From assembly GCF_043950625.1 (NCBI RefSeq), contig NZ_CP171007.1: a stretch of DNA of 32,000 bases; one strand, given 5' to 3'. This document shows, one piece after another, positions 1-8,760 of this stretch (position 1 is its first letter; every line of letters starts with the position of its first letter). Source of the DNA: Alkanindiges sp. WGS2144. GTDB taxonomy: Bacteria; Pseudomonadota; Gammaproteobacteria; Pseudomonadales; Moraxellaceae. Made by a program: the position numbers and the translations under genes. The notes beneath the pieces were generated by a model. That model did no database searches and was not told the origin of the DNA. It saw only the letters and a program-made list of their open reading frames with translations.

Positions 1-1077
1 AACCAGACTGCCACCGCACAGAAATAATTCCATTTTTTTAACCAGATGCATGGCCGCATCCTGTTTTAAAACCTGATGGTACAAATAAGGTACACCCGCC
101 ATGATATCCAGCGGATATTGCTGCAGGCTTTTGCTTCTGAACAATAGTTCAGAGCGCGTGGTTAATACAACATGAGCGCCAGTGCACAGCATCATCAGAC
201 AAAAACTAACCCCTACAATATGCTGTAGCGGAATGGTGCACAAACCACATTTATCCGCAGTCAAGTGATCATTTAAAATTTGGCGGGTTTGCTGATAATT
301 GGCAGATAAATTACGGTGTGTTAAAGCCACGCCCTTGGGTGTATCAGTAGTCCCGCTGGTATATTGAATCATCGCTACATCATCAAGATCGGCACTGGGC
401 CATTCACAATGGACGCTACGGTGTTTCTTCAGAATATGCCTTAATCGAATATAGCGAATCATGGTGGTGTCTTCGCGCCATTGTTCCAGCCATTTTCTTG
501 GCGATAACCAGTTTTTTATACGTCCCAGAAAATGGTTATAATCATCTGCCTGAGTAGTGACAATATGGCGAATGCTGGTTTGCAACAGTATTTTTTCTAC
601 CTGTGGCAAGAAGGCAGGAATAGTCACTAATATTTTGGCACCAGAGTCCTGTAGCTGATGCAGGATATAGCTATTTTCCAGAATAAAGCTTAAATTGGTC
701 ACGACCAGACGCGCACGCCAGGCAGCAAATACGGCAATCATATAAGACAGGTTGCTCGGCAAATACAGGGCGACCCGGTCACCGGGATTCACATTGGCTT
801 CTTCCAAAAACCAGTATGCCAGTGCATTAATACTAAAAGCTATTTCTGCATAATTTAAGGTCTGGTCACACATGCTCAAGGCCGGTGCCTCCGGCGCCTG
901 CGCTACCACCTCATCAAAATACTCTAAACAACTATTGTCTTGCAGAGGCATCTTGCGTCCCTGATATAAAGATTCATAGTTATGCCATTCCGGTTGCTGG
1001 TCTGGCATTACTGAATCAGCAAGATCCTGTGTGGTGTGGGACGCTGTTCGCTGGATCATATGAAACTGGTTAGGCAT
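1..1077 (-). CDS. AMP-dependent synthetase/ligase (acyl-CoA synthetase family), N-terminal 359 codons; the gene runs off the left edge
   Basis: Not in the ORF track because it has no stop in the window. My translation of the minus strand from the ATG at 1077 reads MPNQFHMIQRTASH...ALYLPSNLSYMIAVFAAWRA...MIQYTSGTTDTPKGVALTHRNL. YTSGTTxxPKG is the AMP-binding signature. The frame stays open down to position 1. Confidence 0.8.
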   Translation of the reverse strand, partial: MPNQFHMIQRTASHTTQDLADSVMPDQQPEWHNYESLYQGRKMPLQDNSCLEYFDEVVAQAPEAPALSMCDQTLNYAEIAFSINALAYWFLEEANVNPGDRVALYLPSNLSYMIAVFAAWRARLVVTNLSFILENSYILHQLQDSGAKILVTIPAFLPQVEKILLQTSIRHIVTTQADDYNHFLGRIKNWLSPRKWLEQWREDTTMIRYIRLRHILKKHRSVHCEWPSADLDDVAMIQYTSGTTDTPKGVALTHRNLSANYQQTRQILNDHLTADKCGLCTIPLQHIVGVSFCLMMLCTGAHVVLTTRSELLFRSKSLQQYPLDIMAGVPYLYHQVLKQDAAMHLVKKMELFLCGGSLV

Positions 1078-1186
1078 TTCCCGTTATCCTGTCATGATCT
1101 ACCTGAGTGTTTTATACTTACTGCTTCTCCCGCAGCTTTATTTTGAACCTGTTTTCTCTATGTTGTAGACCAATTAAAGATAGTTT

Positions 1187-2914
1187 TCAATGCGTAAACC
1201 AACGTTTGAGTAAATTCTGGTCTTCAACTGTTAATTTGACAGTAGAAATGATAAAGCCTTCACCTTTCACTTTCAAAATTTTTAGTTCATCGCGTCTAAA
1301 CACATGGCATGTCAGAGGCTGTTCAGATAGTTCAACCGGATTACTCAGCTGTTGCAGCAGGTTGCTGGTTGCTTTTAACCCGTCAATGGCAATTAAGGTA
1401 TCATGCGCCGAAATACCGGCCTGTGCAGCAGCGGAATGCCGCAATACCTGCTGTACCAGCAAGCCTTGACCACTGTCTGTGACTTTAAGCCCCAAAGGCC
1501 ATGGTTTTTGTTCCATTAATAGCTGAATACCTATGCTGCCTAACAGCTCTGCCAAAGGTAGCTCTTTGGTACCGTATACATAATCATCAAAAAAATCATT
1601 CAGCCCCTGACCACCCAATTGTTCACATATCTCTGGCAGAGTCGATTCATCCACCTGCTGGCCAGCTTTTGCACGCGTATAAAGCTGTTGTAATAGTCGA
1701 TCCAGACTTGCCCCGTGCTGTCTTAAGGTGAGATCCAGGCACAAGGCAACCAGCGCACCTTTATTATAATAACTGGTGCCCGCATTATTGCTGTTTTCAT
1801 CAGGACGATAATACTTAATCCAGGCATCAAAACTGGATTCAGCCACGCTTTGTAAATGACGCCCCGGATTACTCAAGTAGCGGTTAACCTGATCTTTCAA
1901 CAAATCAAGGTAGGCGCTCTGGTCAATAACACCACTACGGTAGAGCATCAAGTCATCATAATAGGAGGTAATGCCTTCAAACACCCACAATAGCGTGGTG
2001 TAACCTTCCTGGTGCAAATTAGGCTTTACATAATTGTGCGGACGAATAAATTTGACCAGCCAGCTGTGAAAATACTCATGACTACATAAACCCAAAAACC
2101 TCTGGTAACCGGTCGAAGGTTTGGCAGGTTCTCCCTGCTTTGGCAAATCATCACGCGGGGTAATCAGACTGGTCAGGTTTTGATGCTCCAGCCCACCATA
2201 ACTATTGGCAGTTGCCATTACCATAAATAAATAGTCAGAAAATGGCGCATCGCCAAATAGCCTGATTTGTGCACTACAGATTTTTTCCAGGTCAGTAGCC
2301 AGCCGTTGTAAATCGGTATGATGACGACCTGAAATAGCGACTCGATGCACAATATCTTCGGCTTTAAATTCAATACTGGCATGCTCTGCCAGCTCAAATG
2401 GCTGGTCAATCAATTCATGATAATTTTTTGCCGCCAGATGATAGGTATGTGCTTCCTGCTTAAGCTGCCCCATACCAGTTGCCAAGGTAAAGTGCTTTAA
2501 TAACTCTGGCACTTCCAGTCGAAACTGAATCTGCTCATCCTCCTGCCCCGCTACACCCATGCACACTGCTGCCGGGTTGACATACAAGCGCTCATCATCC
2601 ACATAAGCGCCCCGCACAGATAGGTCATAGGCATATACCTGATAGCTCACCTCAAGCTCAGCAGCCTGTTCATTAAACAGTTGCCACTGGTTTTTGCTCA
2701 CTTTTTGCAGCTTAATGGCTTGATCACTCAGCACATTTTTTGCCTTGACTGACTCTACGTGTCTGGCAAATTCGCGAACCAGATAACTGCCCGGAATCCA
2801 TGTAGGCAACCAGATTTTTTGCTGCGGCTGCGCCTGAAACCTTATGGTTACCTTAATCAAATGCTGATAATACTGTGCAAACGATAAAGTATAGTGAATC
2901 ATGGCAACCTGCAT
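1187..2914 (-). CDS. M61-family metallopeptidase (glycyl aminopeptidase-like) with a C-terminal PDZ domain
   Basis: 575-aa ORF. It has an HExxH zinc motif (HEYFHSW) and a C-terminal GLxV...AGI..D.LIAIDG PDZ-like segment. The overall pattern is typical of 'predicted metalloprotease with PDZ domain'. Confidence 0.8.
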   Translation of the reverse strand: MQVAMIHYTLSFAQYYQHLIKVTIRFQAQPQQKIWLPTWIPGSYLVREFARHVESVKAKNVLSDQAIKLQKVSKNQWQLFNEQAAELEVSYQVYAYDLSVRGAYVDDERLYVNPAAVCMGVAGQEDEQIQFRLEVPELLKHFTLATGMGQLKQEAHTYHLAAKNYHELIDQPFELAEHASIEFKAEDIVHRVAISGRHHTDLQRLATDLEKICSAQIRLFGDAPFSDYLFMVMATANSYGGLEHQNLTSLITPRDDLPKQGEPAKPSTGYQRFLGLCSHEYFHSWLVKFIRPHNYVKPNLHQEGYTTLLWVFEGITSYYDDLMLYRSGVIDQSAYLDLLKDQVNRYLSNPGRHLQSVAESSFDAWIKYYRPDENSNNAGTSYYNKGALVALCLDLTLRQHGASLDRLLQQLYTRAKAGQQVDESTLPEICEQLGGQGLNDFFDDYVYGTKELPLAELLGSIGIQLLMEQKPWPLGLKVTDSGQGLLVQQVLRHSAAAQAGISAHDTLIAIDGLKATSNLLQQLSNPVELSEQPLTCHVFRRDELKILKVKGEGFIISTVKLTVEDQNLLKRWFTH

Positions 2915-3295
2915 AATGGATAAATATAAAATGAGTGAATGAACTGCTCAACGTGTTTGCTTACCTTACTCTGCCTATCAGAAAAAGGCAAAACCATATG
3001 CCCTTGAGAATACCTGTTCTGGCGGCAATCAGCTTAACTATTGATGATTTATCAAACAGACTAATACCCCTGCAAACCAGTCTATATATTTTGTCAGACA
3101 ATCTAAAAGCTGATCAAAATGTGCTATGGCATACTTTATTTAAAACCTGTTAACAACTCATAGACTTAAATTATGCTATTCATCAGCGCACCTTAAGCAC
3201 ATCATGATTTATTATCCCTTATTCAAAATTTTTAGAATGTATTAAGCAAAATTTTTTATTAAACCTTTTTTATTGAAAATCGTTGAGCGTACTTT

Positions 3296-4618
3296 ATGAG
3301 CAACTTAAACCTAGGTGATCAGCCTCCGCTGCATCGCATTGTCATTGTGGGTGGTGGCGCAGGTGGCCTGGAGCTGGCAACCCGTCTTGGACATTCATTG
3401 GGCAAAAAAGCCAAGGCACAAATTATTTTAATTGATGCTGCCCTGACCCACATCTGGAAGCCTTTATTGCACGAAGTAGCAGCAGGCACCATTAACTCCT
3501 ATGAAGATGAGTTGAACTACTTCGCCCATGCCAGCAAGAATTACTTTGAGTTTCATCTGGGGCGCATGATTGACATTAACCGGCAGCAAAAGCAGGTTAT
3601 TCTCGAACCGCTCAGCAATGGTGAAAATATCGAAATTGCACCAGCGCGGCACATTCGCTACGACACCCTCATTGTTGCTGTTGGCTCAACCTCAAACGAT
3701 TTTGGTACACCAGGCGCGAAAGAAAACTGTATTTTTCTGGACGCCCGTCCACAGGCGGATCGCTTCCAGCGTGAATTTTTAAGCCTGTATTTGCAGGCTC
3801 AGGCGCGGTCTTTATCAGACACCCAGCCGCAACATTTAAACATTGCCATCATTGGTGCCGGAGCAACAGGGGTAGAACTGGCCGCAGAGTTGCATCATGC
3901 AGCGCATGAGTTTACCCGCTATGGTCTGACCAGTATTGACCCGCGTAATGTCAATATTACCTTAATTGAAGCCGCTGACCGTATTTTGCCCGGCTTACCC
4001 CCACAAACCTCCATGAATGCCGAGCGGGAGCTTAAAAAACTGGGCATTAATGTACTGACCAGCCGCCGCGTGGTGGCTATTAACGCACAAAGTATTGAGT
4101 GCGATGGCGACATTAGCATTCCAGCCAACCTGAAAGTCTGGTCAGCGGGTATTAAGGCGCCGGATTTTTTAAAAGACATTGCAGGACTTGAAACCAATCG
4201 CATTAATCAGCTAGTCGTCACCTCCACACTGCAAACTACTCTTGACCCGGATATCTTTGCGCTGGGAGACTGTGCGAGCTTTACCCCCGAAGGTGGAAAC
4301 CGTCCTGTTCCACCGCGGGCACAAGTAGCCAATCAGGAATCGATTTTACTGGCAAAATCCATGAAAGCCCGCTTGCAGGGTCAGCCGCTACCAACCTTTA
4401 CATTTACCGACAAAGGTTCACTGGTATCGCTAAGTCAAAAAAATACCGTAGGGAATTTGATGGGCAATATTAATGTACAGGGCATGCTGGCGCGGATGAT
4501 GTATGTGTCTTTATATCGCTTACATCAGATTGCCATTCATGGCTTTTTTAAGACAGCCGTAATCATGGTTAAAGACATGCTGGCCCGTACTTCAGGCCCA
4601 CGTTTGAAACTCCATTAA
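3296..4618 (+). CDS. ndh: Type II NADH:quinone oxidoreductase (NDH-2)
   Basis: 440 aa. It has two Rossmann dinucleotide motifs (VIVGGGAGGLE and IIGAGATGVELAAE) and a GDCA motif, matching the length and order of Ndh. Confidence 0.9.
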   Translation: MSNLNLGDQPPLHRIVIVGGGAGGLELATRLGHSLGKKAKAQIILIDAALTHIWKPLLHEVAAGTINSYEDELNYFAHASKNYFEFHLGRMIDINRQQKQVILEPLSNGENIEIAPARHIRYDTLIVAVGSTSNDFGTPGAKENCIFLDARPQADRFQREFLSLYLQAQARSLSDTQPQHLNIAIIGAGATGVELAAELHHAAHEFTRYGLTSIDPRNVNITLIEAADRILPGLPPQTSMNAERELKKLGINVLTSRRVVAINAQSIECDGDISIPANLKVWSAGIKAPDFLKDIAGLETNRINQLVVTSTLQTTLDPDIFALGDCASFTPEGGNRPVPPRAQVANQESILLAKSMKARLQGQPLPTFTFTDKGSLVSLSQKNTVGNLMGNINVQGMLARMMYVSLYRLHQIAIHGFFKTAVIMVKDMLARTSGPRLKLH

Positions 4619-4630
4619 TCGACGTCTCTT

Positions 4631-4666
4631 CCGGGCTTAAGCTGTTTATTACTGGCTTAAGTCCGG
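4631..4666 (+). terminator. 12-bp hairpin downstream of ndh; possible terminator without a clear U-tract
   Basis: CCGGGCTTAAGC (4631-4642) pairs with GCTTAAGTCCGG (4655-4666), with one G-U pair. It starts 13 nt after the ndh stop. No T-run follows. Confidence 0.4.
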
Positions 4667-4770
4667 CGCATTGAAACAGTTAATAAATGAACAATTGCAT
4701 TAAAAAAACAAAATAATTCAATAAAACAAGGTATGATGGCGCATCTTTTTATGAAAAATGGAAGCTAGTC

Positions 4771-5253
4771 ATGGCCGAAATTCAAAACGATCAAGTAGTA
4801 TCTTTTCATTATACCCTTACTGATGAAAATGGTACTGTGATTGACAAATCAGAAGGCCAGCCTCTGGTATATCTGCATGGTGCCGGCAACATCATTCCGG
4901 GTCTGGAAAATGCACTCACTGGCAAAACCGTAGGCGAAAAACTAAACGTGAACGTTCCTGCTGCTGAAGGCTACGGTGAATATAATGCCCAACTGGTGCA
5001 GGAAGTACCACGCAACATGTTCCAGGGCGTTGATGACATTCAGGCGGGTATGCAGTTTCAGGCACAAACCGATGATGGCATCCAGATTGTGACCGTGAAA
5101 GATGTGACTGATGAAAACGTGATTGTTGATGGCAACCATCCACTGGCAGGTCAGAACCTGAACTTTGACGTTGAGATTGTTGACATTCGCCCTGCTAGCC
5201 AGGAAGAGCTGGATCATGGGCATGTGCATGGTGCTGGTGGTCATCAGCACTAA
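4771..5253 (+). CDS. slyD: FKBP-type peptidyl-prolyl cis-trans isomerase SlyD
   Basis: 160 aa. The V.F.Y.L....G...D......P..YLHG start is typical of SlyD. The IF-domain region and a short His-rich C-terminal tail (HGHVHGAGGHQH) are present. The SD GGAAG lies upstream. Confidence 0.9.
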   Translation: MAEIQNDQVVSFHYTLTDENGTVIDKSEGQPLVYLHGAGNIIPGLENALTGKTVGEKLNVNVPAAEGYGEYNAQLVQEVPRNMFQGVDDIQAGMQFQAQTDDGIQIVTVKDVTDENVIVDGNHPLAGQNLNFDVEIVDIRPASQEELDHGHVHGAGGHQH

Positions 5254-5276
5254 GTCCTGCATTGGCAAAACTAAAG

Positions 5277-5300
5277 AAGCCGCTTGTGCGGCTTTTTTTG
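5277..5300. terminator. Bidirectional rho-independent terminator shared by the convergent slyD and dusB
   Basis: AAGCCGC-TTGT-GCGGCTT stem-loop followed by TTTTTTG on the plus strand, with CTTCTTT on the minus strand. It sits between the slyD stop (5253) and the dusB stop (5314). Confidence 0.8.
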
Positions 5301-5313
5301 TGCCTGCAAGCTA

Positions 5314-6354
5314 TCAATAACCTTCCAGCAGATTTACCGTTTCACCATACTGCAAGCGATCACCTTCATCCAGCAACTGGTTAAAATAATCACTCACCAC
5401 CCTGGCCTGCTCAGCCGTGGATTCCACCTGATACATGGCCTGACGAAACTCATTACTGCTGCGCAAGCCCTTGGTGTACCAGGCAATATGCTTACGTGCG
5501 ATACGGCAGCCCGAATACTCCCCATAAAATTCATATAGCTCTTGCAAGTGCTCAAGCAATACCGTTTTGATTTCCAGAATATCTGGCGGAGGCAGTATTT
5601 CACCAGTTTTTAAATAGTGAGCAATTTCACGAAAAATCCATGGCCGTCCCTGTGCTGCACGACCAATCATGATGGCATCTGCGCCTGTATAATCTAGTAC
5701 GTATTTTGCTTTCTCTGGGGTATCTATATCACCATTGGCAATGACAGGGATATTAACTTCTTGCTTAACTGCCTTGATCAGCTCGTAACGTGCTGTATTC
5801 AAGTACATATCTTCACGGGTTCGCCCATGCAAAGCCAATGCAACAATACCAGCCTGTTCTGCACGCTTTGCTACCCTTAAGATATTTTCTTCTCCATTTT
5901 TAAAGCCCAGACGGGTTTTTAATGTCACAGGCACATCCACCGCTGCCACCACAGTATCCAGAATTTGTGCTACCCGATCTTCATTTTGTAATAAGGCTGA
6001 GCCAGCCAGTTTATTACAAACTTTTTTGGCAGGACAACCCATATTAATGTCAACAATTTGAGCGCCATTAGCCACTTGATAACGTGCAGCTTCGGCCATT
6101 TGCGCTGGATCAGAACCAGCTATTTGCGCTGAGATCGGGGCAATTTCCCCATCAAAATTAGCGCGATATAAACTTTTTTTATTCATGCGCAGGGTTTTAT
6201 CAGAGGTCATCATTTCACTAACTGCATGTCCTGCGCCAAAATATTTGCATAATGTCCTAAATGGCCTATCGGTGACTCCTGCCATTGGCGCCACCCAAAC
6301 CTGGTTACGCTTTGCAGGATCGAATAAATCTTTAATGAGGTCGTTTTTAGACAT
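5314..6354 (-). CDS. dusB: tRNA-dihydrouridine synthase B
   Basis: 346 aa. It has the Dus-family motifs VAPMAGVTDRPFR, DINMGCPAKKV and LHGRTR, and aligns along the full length with the DusB pattern. Confidence 0.9.
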   Translation of the reverse strand: MSKNDLIKDLFDPAKRNQVWVAPMAGVTDRPFRTLCKYFGAGHAVSEMMTSDKTLRMNKKSLYRANFDGEIAPISAQIAGSDPAQMAEAARYQVANGAQIVDINMGCPAKKVCNKLAGSALLQNEDRVAQILDTVVAAVDVPVTLKTRLGFKNGEENILRVAKRAEQAGIVALALHGRTREDMYLNTARYELIKAVKQEVNIPVIANGDIDTPEKAKYVLDYTGADAIMIGRAAQGRPWIFREIAHYLKTGEILPPPDILEIKTVLLEHLQELYEFYGEYSGCRIARKHIAWYTKGLRSSNEFRQAMYQVESTAEQARVVSDYFNQLLDEGDRLQYGETVNLLEGY

Positions 6355-6879
6355 TTATGTACTCAGTGACTTTAGAGCATCCACGGTTATTTTTCCTATT
6401 TTAGAGTATTTTGCACATCATAGTACCCATGTTTGTACCAAAGAAATGCAATGGCGCAGCGATTATGATAGTGATCTACAGCTTGAATACTCTGGCGAGG
6501 CATATTCAATCTTAAGTCAGGATACCATTTGGGATGCCATAACCGACCATCAGGCACAGGCGACCCGCTGGATCAGACTTGGCTTAAATGCTATTGACAA
6601 TGAATCTTAGCTTTTTCTAACAGCGGTATACATGGCAAGATAGCAGGCTAAACTGCATGCAATTTAGCCTGTTTGACGATCGTTAAAAGTATACAGTTTT
6701 TAATGGCTGGGTTTGGTAGAGCTATCGGTAATATTTATCAGGTTAGACATGAAGCCAACTAACCTGTCTTTTGAAAAAGAAATCCCCATCAAAATACCCA
6801 AGCTCGCCATCATACTTGCACCAGAGTTCTAGTATGATAAGGCAACTTAAATTTATCCATACTATGGGGTCAATGTGAT

Positions 6880-7866
6880 ATGACAGCTTCTATCCGTATT
6901 GGTATTGCAGGATATGGCAATCTTGGCCGTGGTGTTGAAGCATCACTGGCAAAAAACCCAGACATGCAGCTGGTAGGTGTTTTTACCCGACGCGAACCCA
7001 ATCAGGTTCAGACCCTGAATGAAGAAACACCTGTGTTTACCATGGCGGATTTGGCCGGTTTTCAGGATAAGATTGACGTACTGATTTTATGCGGTGGTTC
7101 AAAAGACGATTTGCCCAAACAAGCGCCAGAACTGGCCGCATTATTTAATACAGTCGATAGCTTTGATACCCACGCGCGTATTCCACAATATTTTGCAGCA
7201 GTGAATGAAGCGGCTAGCGCTGGCAAGCACACAGCCATGATTTCGGTGGGCTGGGATCCGGGGGTGTTCTCCATTAACCGCTTGTATGGTGAAGCCATTT
7301 TACCCGATGGAGAGACTTACACATTTTGGGGCAAAGGCGTGAGTCAGGGGCATTCAGATGCTATTCGCCGTGTGGCCGGAGTAAAGCATGGTATCCAATA
7401 CACTATTCCGGCACCTGATGCGATTGAGCTGGTACGTAGGGGTACCCGTCCAACCCTAACCACCCGCCAAAAACACACGCGTGAATGTTTTGTGGTGCTA
7501 GCCGATGGCGCAGATGCCCAAACGGTCGAAACAGCCATTAAAACCATGCCAGATTACTTCGACCAGTACGACACCACCGTGCATTTTATTGATGAAGCCA
7601 CCTTACAGCGTGATCATCAGGGGATGCCGCATGGCGGTTTTGTGATTCGTAGTGGTAGCAGCAGCACTAAACATAATCAGGTGATTGAGTATGGCCTCAA
7701 GCTGGAAAACAATCCGGAGTTTACCGCTAGCGTATTGGTGGCATATGCACGTGCAACTTATCGTTTAAACCAGCAGGGTCAAATTGGTGCCAAAACCGTA
7801 CTGGATGTGGCGCCGGGTTTGTTATCCATCAAAACAGCAGATCAGTTAAGAGCTGAGTTGTTGTAA
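6880..7866 (+). CDS. ddh: meso-diaminopimelate D-dehydrogenase
   Basis: 328 aa, collinear with Corynebacterium glutamicum Ddh as I recall it. Matching segments are IGIAGYGNLGRGVE, SVGWDPGVFSINR, FWGKGVSQGHSDAIRR, MPDYF, IDEAT, GMPHGG and NPEFTAS. Confidence 0.85.
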   Translation: MTASIRIGIAGYGNLGRGVEASLAKNPDMQLVGVFTRREPNQVQTLNEETPVFTMADLAGFQDKIDVLILCGGSKDDLPKQAPELAALFNTVDSFDTHARIPQYFAAVNEAASAGKHTAMISVGWDPGVFSINRLYGEAILPDGETYTFWGKGVSQGHSDAIRRVAGVKHGIQYTIPAPDAIELVRRGTRPTLTTRQKHTRECFVVLADGADAQTVETAIKTMPDYFDQYDTTVHFIDEATLQRDHQGMPHGGFVIRSGSSSTKHNQVIEYGLKLENNPEFTASVLVAYARATYRLNQQGQIGAKTVLDVAPGLLSIKTADQLRAELL

Positions 7867-7889
7867 GGTTTATTTAGTCACCCTTTCAA

Positions 7890-7916
7890 AAAGCTCAGTT
7901 CATAGAACTGGGCTTT
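7890..7916 (+). terminator. Rho-independent terminator after ddh
   Basis: AAAGCTCAGTT (7890-7900) pairs with AACTGGGCTTT (7906-7916), with one G-U pair. CTC and T-rich sequence follows. It lies 24 nt after the ddh stop. Confidence 0.55.
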
Positions 7917-8116
7917 CTCATAGCAATAACTCTAAAAAATAACGAATACCCACTATATAACCTGTGTTTTGTCAGCTCGGTGTAATTATTTTTACAACAC
8001 CAGCACACAAGCGCTCTTTTGGCCTACATAAAAAATGGTCACGATGATTCCTAACTTATAGCTACTTGCGCTTGACTACTACCGTGAGTTTAAGTTTTTT
8101 TAAATAGGAGAAAAAA

Positions 8117-8593
8117 ATGGCTGATGTCAGCAAAATTGCCGAACTAATCCGCGATATTAAATTTACCATGGTGACGTTTATCAACCATGAAGGTCATTTG
8201 CATTCTGCCCCCATGACCACACAGGATGAGGATTTTAACGGCACCGTATGGTTTGTTGGTGCCAAGGATTCCGATCTGGTTCGCAGCATTCCTGGCAATG
8301 CGCAGGTCAACCTGGCATATAGTAATCCGTCCAGCCATAGCTACGTCTCCATTAATGGCAAGGCAGAACTGGTTAAAGACCAAGCCAAGCTGGATGAACT
8401 ATGGAATGAGGGGTATAAGGCGTTTTTTGAACAGGGAAAAGAAGACCCAAATATTCAGCTTATTAAAGTGACTGGCAATGGTGCGCAATACTGGGAAGGT
8501 GATAGCCGGGTGGTCAGCTTTATTAAAATGACCAAGGCTGCCATTACCGGTGACAAAGCCGACCTGGGCGAAACTCAGGGCGTTAAACTTTAA
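8117..8593 (+). CDS. General stress protein 26 / pyridoxamine 5'-phosphate oxidase-like FMN-binding protein
   Basis: 158 aa. Its size and pattern (PM.....DG.VWF....DS.....I..N..V.L.Y......YVS..G.A....D......LW) match GSP26/PNPOx-like proteins. A strong SD (AGGAG) lies 7 nt upstream. Confidence 0.75.
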   Translation: MADVSKIAELIRDIKFTMVTFINHEGHLHSAPMTTQDEDFNGTVWFVGAKDSDLVRSIPGNAQVNLAYSNPSSHSYVSINGKAELVKDQAKLDELWNEGYKAFFEQGKEDPNIQLIKVTGNGAQYWEGDSRVVSFIKMTKAAITGDKADLGETQGVKL

Positions 8594-8760
8594 AGCAAAA
8601 AAATACCAGTAAGTCCGGGGTCAACCCGGTCTTATATGGCTTCAAGTGTTTATCAGGCATTTTTAGCCAGAAAATAACGGGTACAAAATCACAGACTGCT
8701 GTAGGTTAGAAATTAAACATATGGCATAATTCGCCGCGCCGTGAAATATGCCTTTTTATC

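Noticed and set aside
2935-3153. A 72-aa ORF in the divergent M61-peptidase/ndh promoter region.
   Set aside because: The region is AT-rich and promoter-like, there is no SD, and the composition is not protein-like. It is most likely non-coding.
5254-5313. dusB is not followed by fis, although dusB-fis is an operon in E. coli and pseudomonads.
   Set aside because: The dusB stop is followed directly by a bidirectional terminator and the convergent slyD, so fis is simply not at this locus. Its absence from the window says nothing about the genome, and this may be the normal arrangement in this lineage.
6185-6610. A 141-aa ORF in the track that spans the dusB start region.
   Set aside because: Its first ~57 codons overlap dusB on the opposite strand. 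Only the distal 54 codons (6446-6610) are in intergenic DNA, and these are reported separately as a low-confidence candidate in the findings.
6611-6879. Lysine riboswitch (L-box) in the ddh leader.
   Set aside because: The conserved L-box core elements (for example AGAGGCGC and the multi-helix junction of about 180 nt) are not visible. Only two simple hairpins are present.
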